Origin: Candidatus Rifleibacteriota bacterium
Lineage (GTDB): Bacteria; Muiribacteriota; Ozemobacteria; Ozemobacterales; Ozemobacteraceae
Assembly: GCA_012517355.1 (NCBI GenBank)
Contig: JAAYVD010000050.1
Location: forward strand, 23,350 to 87,349
Direction of reading: 5' to 3'
DNA length: 64,000 nt
The notes below the pieces were generated by a model that was not told the origin of the DNA, did not search any database, and saw nothing but the letters and a program-made list of their open reading frames with translations. The translations under genes and the position numbers were made by a program. Positions 16,718 to 25,300 of this stretch are shown piece after piece; the first letter of the stretch is position 1, and each line of letters opens with the position of its first letter.

Positions 16718-19700
16718 TCAGCCCGTGGCCGGTTTCCCTGCCCCCGCTCCCGGGGTCCCTGGGCCGTCCGGGCGACGATCCCAGTTGGTGATGGTGACAT
16801 CCTGTTGCGGGAAAGGAATCTGGATGCCGTTCTCCCCGAGCACTCGGCAGATGCGCTGGTTCATCTCGTGCTGGAAGTCGGGAAACCCGTCCATTCCTGA
16901 GATGTAGACCCTGACCTCGATGTTCAGCGAGGAGTTCCCGAACCCGGTCAGGACCACCTGCGGGGCCGGGTCGGTCAGGACTTTCGGATGGGTGCGGGCG
17001 ACGAGCATCAGGTGATGCCTGACCTTCTCGAGATCGGATCCGTAGGCCACCCCGACCGGAAAGACGATGCGCAGGATGGGGTCGGAAAGCGTCCAGTTCA
17101 TCAGGCGACCCGTGATCAGCTCCTTGTTCGGGATGACGACCTCCTTGCGGTCGGCGTTCATCAACGTGGTGGCGCGGATCTGGATGCGGGTCACCGCCCC
17201 GGTGGTGTCGCCGACGGTGACGATGTCCCCGACCCGCAGGGGTCGCTCGAACAACAGGATCAGGCCGGAGATGAAGTTGGCGAAGATCTCCTGCAGGCCG
17301 AACCCGAGGCCGACGCTGACGCCGGCGGCCAGCCACTGGATCTTGTCCCACCCGAGCCCCACCGTCTCCATCACCACCACGAACCCGATCAGGCCGATGA
17401 CATAACTCGACAGGGTGCGCACCGCGAACTTGACCCCCGCCTCCAGGTCGAGCCGCTGCAGGACGGCGAACTCGATGAACCCGGGCAGGTTGTTGGTGGC
17501 GCTGATGGTGAGGGCGATCAGACCTATCGCCACCAGCAGGTCGAACAGGGTGATGTCGACCGTCCGTTGCACCCACTCCCGCCGGACCCCGCCGTCCGGG
17601 CCGGTCACCGCCTCCAGGATCTGGGCGTCGGTGGTCCACAGCTTGACCTGGTCGAGGATGCGCAAGGCGGGGAAGACCTCGGCCCAGATCTGGAAGACGC
17701 CGATCAACATGGCGACCGCGAGCACCGCGAACAGCAGCTTCTCGGTCTGGGCGCTGATCTGGAAGATGGACGGCTCGGCGTGGGCGGCTCCCCCCGGGCC
17801 CGCCCCTGTGGCGGCCGGAGCGACCTCGGAACGGCCTTCCTCGCCCTCGGTCGGAGACGGCACCTGGACCACCGCCTTCATCGCCTGCGACTTGTGCAGG
17901 GCGAGGCTGCGGCGATGGACGTGCAGGGCGCGCCAGAAGACGGCATAGGCCAGGTTGCAGCCCAGGATCAAGACCAGCGACTGGACCGCCTTTCCCCACA
18001 GACGGTTCGCCGTGTAGACGTAGCCCATCAGGCAGGCAGGTATCATGACGACCGGCAGCACCACCGCCAGGAAGAACAGCAGATACCGCAACCGGTAGAT
18101 GAACCGCTCCCGCGATACCTGGCCCACGGCCTGCATGACCGGCCCGGCGGGACGGGTAACCGGGTCGAGCAGCCACGCCCCGGCCAGCAGCATCGCCACC
18201 AGGAGACCCCGCCCAAGGCTGACCTGGACGAGATCGGGGGCCTGCTGTTCGACCACCTGGAACAGGAAGAGCAGGGGAAGGACGACCGCCCCGAGCAGGC
18301 GGGCCTGCCGCTGCAGCAGGGGATGGACCTCGGTCACGTGCCAATGGCAATGGTGGGCGGCCAGACCATCCGGCCGGAAGACCTGGCGGAAGGTCTCCAG
18401 GCCCCAGAGCGGGAGGGCGAGCGCCGCCAGCTGGACGGCCACCGTCTCGCTGAACCCGCCCGGTCCTGGATACAGGCTGATGCCCAGGCTGAAGATCCAC
18501 ATCAACAGCGGCCAGGGCGCCGCCCAGCAGACGGTCAGCACGATCGCCTCCAGGGTCAGCCGGAACCGGTCGGTCGCGGCCCGCTGCACCAGCGCGCCGA
18601 TTTCGGCCAACCGGGCGTTGAGCCGCAGACGGCTGGCCAGGATCGCCGTCCAGAACGCCAGCAGGGCGATCATCAGGAGGGGACGGCGACGGAAGGCACG
18701 ACCCAGCGCCCACGCCACCTCCGCCCAGCGGGAGGGCGAAACCAGCCAGGAGACCCCCCGGATCGCGCGCCCGAGGTCGGCCACCCCCAGGGGCTGGCAA
18801 CTCCGCACCCAGAACACCCGCTCGTCGATGAAGGCGGCAAACTCCCGGCTCTTTTGCGAAGCCTGTCGGGACAAGGTGTCGAGATCCACCAGCCGGGTCA
18901 GCCGCGCGGACAGATCGCGCTGGGCGTTCTCCAGGATCTCCCGACGCTGGCGCAGCAGGGTCTTGACCTTGGCCTCCAGCGCGCTCCGCTGGCTTCCCGT
19001 CAGCGCCCCGGCCGAACCCGCCGCCCCGGCCACCAGGTCACGGGCCCGGGCATCCAGGTCACGATCCTGGGCGAGGGCTTCCTCGATCTCGATCAGGCGG
19101 AGCTGGGTCAGCGAGATCTCTTCCGCCCGCCGGGCCTGCCCCTCCTGGAAGGACCCCGAGGAGGGAAGTTCGGCCCGCTTGACCCGCAGCAGGAGCCCGA
19201 TCGCGTCGGAGAACCCGATGGCCTGGATCTTGTCCCGCAACGACCGGTGGTCGTCCCGCAGCCGCGCCAGCAGGTGCGTCAGGCTGGCCACCTCCCGGCT
19301 CGATCCCTCCATCCGCAGGGCCACCTCGTGCCGCTCGGCCGCCCAGGCGGCGTTCTCCTGGGCCAGATTGGCCAGGACCGGGGTGTCGATCCCGAGATCC
19401 CGCGCGGTCTCCTGGGCCTGGACCACGGCGGCGGCGGCCTCCCGTCTCCGGCGGTCGTCCACCAGGCGACGGAAGGTCTGGGCCTGGATCTCGGCCGCCT
19501 CCTTGCGGATCGTCAGCAGCTCCCGCCGCAATCGGGACAGCTCCAGGGTGGTGCCGAACTGGTCGAGTTCGAGCTGGTACAGCCGGGTTTCTTCCTGGGC
19601 CTGCCCGTTCTGCGCCTGGAGCAGGCCCAGCCCGGCGTCGTCCCCGGCTTCGGCCGGGACGAGGGCGGCGATCTTCTCGGTCAGGGCCTCGCCGCGCTGG

Positions 19701-20251
19701 CGGGCCGCCGCCAGTCGGGCGGGAAGGTCCTTCCGCCGGGCCTGGAGGCGCTCGGCCTCGGCCAACTCGGCCGCCAGCTGGTCGGCCAGTCCCTTCCCGT
19801 CGGCTTCGGCCCGGTCGAGAGTCTGCTCGAGGACAGTCAGGGGGGTTCCCGACCCGATCAGCGGGGTCACGCCGGACACCCCGGCGGCCACCAGGGCCTT
19901 CAGGCGGGCGATCTCGGCGGGCGCCGCCCGGACCTGGTCGGTGAGGGCCCGGAACCGGGCATGCGCATCGGTCATCGCCTGCAAGGCCGTCAGGGTCTGC
20001 GTGAGCGTCTCCTTCAGCGCCTGGTGCGTCTCCGAGGCGGTCCCCCCTCCTTCCAGGTCCTTGAGCCACTTCTCGACGGATTCGCGGGTGGGGACCCCGG
20101 TTCCCGCCGCGAACACGCTCCCGGGGCCCCATCCGGCTGGGAACAGGAGGACGAGGAGGCCCACCAGCACGGCAAGGACGACAGCGCCGGGAGCGCGGGG
20201 AGCGTGACTCCAGCGGCTGGAATGACGGCAGGCGGGGCGACGGGACATGGC
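16718..20251 (-). CDS. MscK/KefA-like large mechanosensitive channel (MscS family) with a long periplasmic coiled-coil N-terminal domain, about 1177 aa.
   Basis: Signal/TM at the N-terminus, then about 500 aa of coiled coil, then about 11 TM helices. C-terminal MscS signature GLILLFERPLRVGDIVTVGDTTGAVTRIQIRATTLMNADRKEVVIPNKELITGRLMNWT. Start taken at the internal Met (MSRRPACRHSS...); the exact start is uncertain. Confidence 0.8.
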   Translation of the reverse strand, partial: AMSRRPACRHSSRWSHAPRAPGAVVLAVLVGLLVLLFPAGWGPGSVFAAGTGVPTRESVEKWLKDLEGGGTASETHQALKETLTQTLTALQAMTDAHARFRALTDQVRAAPAEIARLKALVAAGVSGVTPLIGSGTPLTVLEQTLDRAEADGKGLADQLAAELAEAERLQARRKDLPARLAAARQRGEALTEKIAALVPAEAGDDAGLGLLQAQNGQAQEETRLYQLELDQFGTTLELSRLRRELLTIRKEAAEIQAQTFRRLVDDRRRREAAAAVVQAQETARDLGIDTPVLANLAQENAAWAAERHEVALRMEGSSREVASLTHLLARLRDDHRSLRDKIQAIGFSDAIGLLLRVKRAELPSSGSFQEGQARRAEEISLTQLRLIEIEEALAQDRDLDARARDLVAGAAGSAGALTGSQRSALEAKVKTLLRQRREILENAQRDLSARLTRLVDLDTLSRQASQKSREFAAFIDERVFWVRSCQPLGVADLGRAIRGVSWLVSPSRWAEVAWALGRAFRRRPLLMIALLAFWTAILASRLRLNARLAEIGALVQRAATDRFRLTLEAIVLTVCWAAPWPLLMWIFSLGISLYPGPGGFSETVAVQLAALALPLWGLETFRQVFRPDGLAAHHCHWHVTEVHPLLQRQARLLGAVVLPLLFLFQVVEQQAPDLVQVSLGRGLLVAMLLAGAWLLDPVTRPAGPVMQAVGQVSRERFIYRLRYLLFFLAVVLPVVMIPACLMGYVYTANRLWGKAVQSLVLILGCNLAYAVFWRALHVHRRSLALHKSQAMKAVVQVPSPTEGEEGRSEVAPAATGAGPGGAAHAEPSIFQISAQTEKLLFAVLAVAMLIGVFQIWAEVFPALRILDQVKLWTTDAQILEAVTGPDGGVRREWVQRTVDITLFDLLVAIGLIALTISATNNLPGFIEFAVLQRLDLEAGVKFAVRTLSSYVIGLIGFVVVMETVGLGWDKIQWLAAGVSVGLGFGLQEIFANFISGLILLFERPLRVGDIVTVGDTTGAVTRIQIRATTLMNADRKEVVIPNKELITGRLMNWTLSDPILRIVFPVGVAYGSDLEKVRHHLMLVARTHPKVLTDPAPQVVLTGFGNSSLNIEVRVYISGMDGFPDFQHEMNQRICRVLGENGIQIPFPQQDVTITNWDRRPDGPGTPGAGAGKPATG

Positions 20252-20306
20252 GGTCTCCTGGACAGACGTGTTCACCGGCCGCCGGCATGGCCGGGGGGGG
20301 GCCGGT

Positions 20307-21032
20307 TCACCACTCGAAATAGAACTTCTCCCCCGGCAAGCCCATCTGTTGGTGTGGGGAGATCGGCTTCTCGCGCGGGCTGTAGGTGGTGGGGCGGATC
20401 TGGTCGGGCAGCACCGTCCGTTCGAGCTGGATGCCTTCGAACCAGACGGCATGCGAAGCGGTGTCGGGCGAGGTGTTCTCGAGCACGAGGCTGGTGCGGC
20501 TGGCCAGGCTGGGGGAATGGGTGTATTCGAAGGTCACGTAGAGCCGGTGCCAGGGCTGTGGACCCTGCCCCGGAGCCTCGAGGGTAGCCCGTTCGCGCAC
20601 CCCGGCATACACGGGCGTCCCGTACCGGGTGGCCACGCCCTGCGCATCGACCTCCACCCCGTCGTAGCCGACCTCGTCCCCATCGTCGTCGGTCCGCAAA
20701 AACCCGATGGCGGCCGCACCGCTGCCGGGGCAAACCCAGCCCGACAGGATGTAGCGGTTCTGCCCGGGAGGCGGGGCGAACACCCCGGTGGCGATCTCCT
20801 GCCACAGGGTGCCCGCGGGCAGGACGGGATGGGCCGGGGGAACCCCCGGCTTCGGCGGCTTGGGAGGCTTGGGCGGTTTGGGAGGCTTGGGCTTGCGCGC
20901 CGCCAGAACCGGCGGTGCCGATGGCAGCAGGCCGCTGCCCGGCCACCCGGCCGGCCACCCCAGGACCATGCCCAGAAGCAGGATTCCCAGGACACGGACC
21001 GCACCGGAGGTGGGGGTGGTCACGGGTTGCAT
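20307..21032 (-). CDS. Small secreted protein: signal peptide, (K-P-P)n linker and a ~150-aa C-terminal domain shared with the 3553-aa giant protein. Ends ...FYFEW.
   Basis: Signal-like MQPVTTPTSGAVRVLGILLLGMVLGW. Linker KPKPPKPPKPPKPPKPG encoded by a 9-bp tandem DNA repeat. C-terminal block NRYILSGWVCPGSGAAAIGF...SLVLENTSPDTASHAVWFEGIQLE...RPTTYSP...FYFEW aligns with the last 150 aa of CDS 41923..52584. It is 55 nt upstream of the MscK gene and co-oriented with it. Confidence 0.5.
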   Translation of the reverse strand: MQPVTTPTSGAVRVLGILLLGMVLGWPAGWPGSGLLPSAPPVLAARKPKPPKPPKPPKPPKPGVPPAHPVLPAGTLWQEIATGVFAPPPGQNRYILSGWVCPGSGAAAIGFLRTDDDGDEVGYDGVEVDAQGVATRYGTPVYAGVRERATLEAPGQGPQPWHRLYVTFEYTHSPSLASRTSLVLENTSPDTASHAVWFEGIQLERTVLPDQIRPTTYSPREKPISPHQQMGLPGEKFYFEW

Positions 21033-21115
21033 GCGCAGTCTCCTCACGGGGATTTCCGCCATTGTGCCAGAAGCGGGGCCCACCGTCCAGTGGCCGGGGC
21101 CGGGGCCGGCCCCGT

Positions 21116-24100
21116 CTACTTCGTCTTCAGGTGGTAACTGCCGTCCCAGTCCGCGGGCGGCGGCTCCACGCGGAAGGAGGCGATGCGCTCGAGATAGGTG
21201 CGGGAAGGACCATCATCGGGCAGGAGGGCCAGCACCTGCTGCAGAGCCGCTTCGGCGGCATCCCAGTTCCGGGTCAGATACCCGGAGATCCCGTCGCTGT
21301 ACAACGGCAGGACGCGCTCCCACAGGGCGTCGTCCTCGCCTTGTTCCCCGATCAGATGGAAAACCCGGATCGGTTTCTTCTTCCCCTTCACGGCCAAAAA
21401 GTCGAGGAACCGGGTGCGCAGCCCGCTGCCGGCCAGCAGCTCGTTGGTGCTCTCGGACACCATCATCAGCGTATCGTAGGCCTTGTTGGCCCCCTCCAGG
21501 CGGGAGGCCAGGTTGACCCCGTCTCCCAGGCAGGTGAAGTTCATCTGCGCCGAACTGCCGTAAAAACCCACCATGCATTCGGCCGTGTTGATGCCCGCCC
21601 GCATGGTCACGTCGGGCAGACCCCTCGCCTTCCATCCCCGCCGCAACTCCGCCAGCCGCTTCTGCATCGCGATGGCGCATCGCGCCGCCCGGACGGCGTG
21701 GTCCTTCTGCGGCGCGGGATGGTTCCAGAAACACATCACCGCGTCGCCGATGTACTTGTCGAGAGTGCCGTCGAAGGCGAAGACGAGGTTCGTCATCTCC
21801 CCCAGGTACTCGTTCATCAACGCCCCGAGCTGCTCCGGGGAGAGCATCTCCGAGATCGTGGTGAAGCCCGCCAGGTCGGTGAACATGACGGTGAGCGTGG
21901 TCTTCGCCCCGCCCGGCCTGACCGCCGACGGGTTGGCCACGATCTCCTCGACCATCTTCGCCGACACGAACCGGCCGAACGAACTGCGCACCTGCCGTTC
22001 GCGCCGCCGGGACTCGGTGTAGGCGTGGAACCCCCGCCCCACGCCGAACGAGCCCAGCACCAGCACCGGCAGTGCCACCGGCAGCAGCCATCCGGCCAGG
22101 AAAAGGGCCAGCGAGACCGAGGTCCAGGCCGTGGTCAACAGCAGGGTCCAGGCCCCGCCCGTCATCGCGCCGCGCCGCGCGATGCGCCGGTCGAGCAGGA
22201 ACAGGAACGGCAGCAGGGCCAGAAGGTTCCAGACCGGCCAGGCCACCGGCGAGGCGTCGGGGTGCAGCACGGTCGGCCGCAGGAACTCTCGCCGCAGGAG
22301 GGCCGAGCACAAGTGGGCGTGCAGATTGACCCCGGCCATCTTCTTGAAATCGCGGTCGAGGAAGTTCACCGGGGTCACCTGGAAATCCTGGTCCTCACCG
22401 AGATGCGACCCGAAGAAGACCGTGCGCCCCGCGAACCGGCCGGCCAGCCGGTTGCCCGTGCCCCGCTGCCCGGCGGCATCACAGAACACACGCCAGGTCC
22501 CCGGCGGGAAGGCCGCCCCGCCCTCGCCCCCGGCCACCGCCCACCGCCGGGCGTCCGCCGGCGAGGGGCCTCCGTCGATGGCCCGGCCGGCCGATGACCG
22601 GAAGACCACCCGGCCCGCCACCGGGAATCCGGCGGGCAGGCGGAAGGCGACCGGAACCGGATCGAGGTCGGCCGGGGTCGGGGAAAGGGGTCCGGTCAGG
22701 CGCACCGTTTCGCCGGTCCACAGGTCGGGTTCGACCGGGGCGGCCGCCGATGGCCCCGCCGGGTCGGCGGTGGCCGGCGCGGAGGCGGGTTCCGGCCGGC
22801 CCAGGGTGACGCGCGCCCCCAGGGACGACGGCAGCCCCGACACGGTCACCCCGTCTTTCCCCGGGGCCACCCGGACCGTGACGAGGAACCGGGCGGACCA
22901 CGGGGTCCCCGTCTCGGTGAAGGCCACCGTGCGCCCGGCGGCGGGGCGGCCGTCTGCCGCCCGCACCCGGCCCCGGTCGTCGAGGGACAAGGCGGGGCCA
23001 TCGTCGAGCGCGTTCACCTCGAACCCGGCCGGGACACCCATGGCTGATTCGCCGGCCGCGGGTACACCGGCCGCGGGGACACCCGCCGCGGGGGCGTCGG
23101 CCGCCACCGCAGGCTTGGACCCGGGTTCGGACGGCCCGCCTTCCGGCAGTCGGTCCCGGACCAGGAGCCCACCGGTGGATGCCGGCGGCCCCAGGGGCTG
23201 CCCCGAAAGGCCGAGCCGCTCGATCCAGACCGGATCCCCCGTCACCACGAGGATCTGCGGCACGAGGGCGGCCGGCACGCTGGCCACCAGGGTCACGCTG
23301 CCCGCCAGGAACCGCCCGGGGGCGAGCGTGACGGCCGGCTCACCGGCGGCCACCCCGACGGTGGTGGCAAGGGTCTGCGACCGGGAGGCGACGGGATCGT
23401 CGTCGATCCAGGTCAGTTCCACCGAGTAGGAACCAGGGGGCAGGCCGCCGAGGCGGAAAACCCCGTCGGGCCCGGTCGTGGCACTGGCCCAGAACCCGCC
23501 CCCGGTCTGCCAGGCCCAGGCCTCCACTCCCGCCAGCGGCTTCCCCGCCTGGTCGAGGGCCCGACCGGCGATCGTACCCGACCCCGGGTCGGCCAGGTCG
23601 AAGGCGAGGTCGACCGGCTCGGAGGCGGCGAGCCCCGGCGCCACGGTCAGGGCATTCTGCCCGCCTTGCGAGAGGGTTCCCAGCAACAGCGCGAGAGAGA
23701 CGACCCGGATGCCGTCGCCCTTCAGCGGCCACGACTGCCGGCTGAACGGAACTCGCAGGCAGGGCGCGAGCGGGGAACCCATCCAGGGCAGACCGCCGGG
23801 CGGCAGATCCAGCCAGGTGACCGGCGCCAGCCCCGTGAGCGGCATCTGGTCGGCCACCTCTTCCCAGATCACGGCGGTCCGGCCGGTCGCACCAGTCTCC
23901 GTCGGATCGGCCCGGGAAGGGGCCTCATCAAGGCCCTCCCGGTCAGCCGGGCCGGTAGCCGACCGGCCGGGCTCCGAGGCGACCGTCCCACCGCGGTCCA
24001 GGCCCACCGGGGGATCCCCGCCCTGCCCACGGACCGCCGGCAGGGCGGAACCGGAGCCGGCCCCCGCTCCGCCGGCACCGTGCGCTGGCTCCGCCTGCGC

Positions 24101-25138
24101 AGGAGCGGGGTTCCCTGCCCCGAGGTCATCACCGGGACCGGCCACGACAGGCCGCCCTGCCCACCCCCCGGCCGCCCAGCGGGCCAGCCAGCGTAGTTCC
24201 CAGCGGCGCAGCATCCGGTCGAGCCCGGCGTGGGTGGTCCCGTGGAAAGGCCGGGGACCAGCCCCCACAGCCGCCTGCAGCCACGCGGCCGCCCGCTCCC
24301 GCAGACGGGGGCCGGGCTCGGGAACCGGCGGCAGGGCGGCCGCCCCCCGCCCGGCCTCGGCGTCGGCCAGTTGCCGGCGGATCCAGGCGGCCACGCCCAG
24401 GGTGGGCAGGTAGTCCTCCCCGGCTTCGGTCAGGAAGGCCAGCGGGATGTAGCGAACCACCCCGTCCAGATCGAGGAAGAGATTGGTCAGGCCGAAGTCC
24501 GGGGCAGCCGCTGCCACCGGGCCGTACAAGGCCAGAGGCGGCGGGGGCCGTTCCCGGAAGGTCCCGCCCAGGGACAGCTGCTCGACCCCGCCGATCGCCT
24601 GCCGCCGCAGGAACTTGCGGCCGAGCAGCGGCCCGGGGAACGCCCGCAATGCCGCCACGAATGGCCGGTCGGTCTCCTCCTGTTGGGCCTCGTCGAACAG
24701 GAAGTCGAAGGCCGCCACCCGCACCCCGGCCGAGGCGAGGATCCCGAGGGCCTGGGCAAAATCGGCCCGGTGCGGAGGCCGGCCGAACACCTGGGGAAAG
24801 GTATCGTCCTTGGCCACGACCACCACGGGGTGGTCGGGAGGCGACCGCAGGGGAAGCACGAAGAACAGGTCGAACACCTTCCCGTCCAGCCAGGCGAGAA
24901 GGTGCCGGGGCAGAGGGACGAGCGCGACCAGGCACACCAGGACCGGCACCAACAGCAGCCAGCTCCCGGAGACGCCGGGGCCGGTCCCCGACAGGGCGTC
25001 GGGGGGCGAACCGGCCGGGGGGGGAACCGGGGCGCCGCCACCGCTTTCCCGCGCCACCCCCCCGCGGCCCGTCACGGCCGTCGCCGGGGGAGCAGCGCCC
25101 GCCGTGCCTGCCCCAGGTGGCTCACCGTGACCGTTCAC
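21116..25138 (-). CDS. CHASE2-domain membrane sensor fused to a class III adenylate/guanylate cyclase, with a long periplasmic middle region containing carboxypeptidase-regulatory-like beta-sandwich repeats, about 1340 aa.
   Basis: CHASE2-like N-terminus (LLLVPVLVCLVALV...HPVVVVAKDDTF...VAAFDFLFDE). Middle region with GVFRLGGLPPGSYSVELTWIDDD-type repeats. C-terminal cyclase TLTVMFTDLAGFTTISE...LDKYIGDAVMCFWN...GINTAECMVGFYGS...GDGVNLASRLEG. The exact start is uncertain. Confidence 0.75.
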   Translation of the reverse strand: MNGHGEPPGAGTAGAAPPATAVTGRGGVARESGGGAPVPPPAGSPPDALSGTGPGVSGSWLLLVPVLVCLVALVPLPRHLLAWLDGKVFDLFFVLPLRSPPDHPVVVVAKDDTFPQVFGRPPHRADFAQALGILASAGVRVAAFDFLFDEAQQEETDRPFVAALRAFPGPLLGRKFLRRQAIGGVEQLSLGGTFRERPPPPLALYGPVAAAAPDFGLTNLFLDLDGVVRYIPLAFLTEAGEDYLPTLGVAAWIRRQLADAEAGRGAAALPPVPEPGPRLRERAAAWLQAAVGAGPRPFHGTTHAGLDRMLRRWELRWLARWAAGGWAGRPVVAGPGDDLGAGNPAPAQAEPAHGAGGAGAGSGSALPAVRGQGGDPPVGLDRGGTVASEPGRSATGPADREGLDEAPSRADPTETGATGRTAVIWEEVADQMPLTGLAPVTWLDLPPGGLPWMGSPLAPCLRVPFSRQSWPLKGDGIRVVSLALLLGTLSQGGQNALTVAPGLAASEPVDLAFDLADPGSGTIAGRALDQAGKPLAGVEAWAWQTGGGFWASATTGPDGVFRLGGLPPGSYSVELTWIDDDPVASRSQTLATTVGVAAGEPAVTLAPGRFLAGSVTLVASVPAALVPQILVVTGDPVWIERLGLSGQPLGPPASTGGLLVRDRLPEGGPSEPGSKPAVAADAPAAGVPAAGVPAAGESAMGVPAGFEVNALDDGPALSLDDRGRVRAADGRPAAGRTVAFTETGTPWSARFLVTVRVAPGKDGVTVSGLPSSLGARVTLGRPEPASAPATADPAGPSAAAPVEPDLWTGETVRLTGPLSPTPADLDPVPVAFRLPAGFPVAGRVVFRSSAGRAIDGGPSPADARRWAVAGGEGGAAFPPGTWRVFCDAAGQRGTGNRLAGRFAGRTVFFGSHLGEDQDFQVTPVNFLDRDFKKMAGVNLHAHLCSALLRREFLRPTVLHPDASPVAWPVWNLLALLPFLFLLDRRIARRGAMTGGAWTLLLTTAWTSVSLALFLAGWLLPVALPVLVLGSFGVGRGFHAYTESRRRERQVRSSFGRFVSAKMVEEIVANPSAVRPGGAKTTLTVMFTDLAGFTTISEMLSPEQLGALMNEYLGEMTNLVFAFDGTLDKYIGDAVMCFWNHPAPQKDHAVRAARCAIAMQKRLAELRRGWKARGLPDVTMRAGINTAECMVGFYGSSAQMNFTCLGDGVNLASRLEGANKAYDTLMMVSESTNELLAGSGLRTRFLDFLAVKGKKKPIRVFHLIGEQGEDDALWERVLPLYSDGISGYLTRNWDAAEAALQQVLALLPDDGPSRTYLERIASFRVEPPPADWDGSYHLKTK

Positions 25139-25300
25139 CGCGACGACTCACCGCAACCGTTCACTGCGTCGACTCAACGCAACCGCTCATGGCGACGACT
25201 CACCGCGATCGTTCACCGCGACGACTCACGTGACCATTCACCGCGATCGTTCTCCGCAACGACTCAACGCAACCGTTCACCGCGACCGCTCACCGGAGCC
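25137..25300. repeat. Tandem repeat array, about 26-bp unit x6.5 (consensus GYRACCGTTCACCGCGACGACTCACC), between the FecR-like gene and the CHASE2-cyclase gene.
   Basis: Read directly: successive units GTGACCGTTCACCGCGACGACTCACC / GCAACCGTTCACTGCGTCGACTCAAC / GCAACCGCTCATGGCGACGACTCACC / GCGATCGTTCACCGCGACGACTCAC / GTGACCATTCACCGCGATCGTTCTCC / GCAACGACTCAACGCAACCGTTCACC. Confidence 0.7.
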
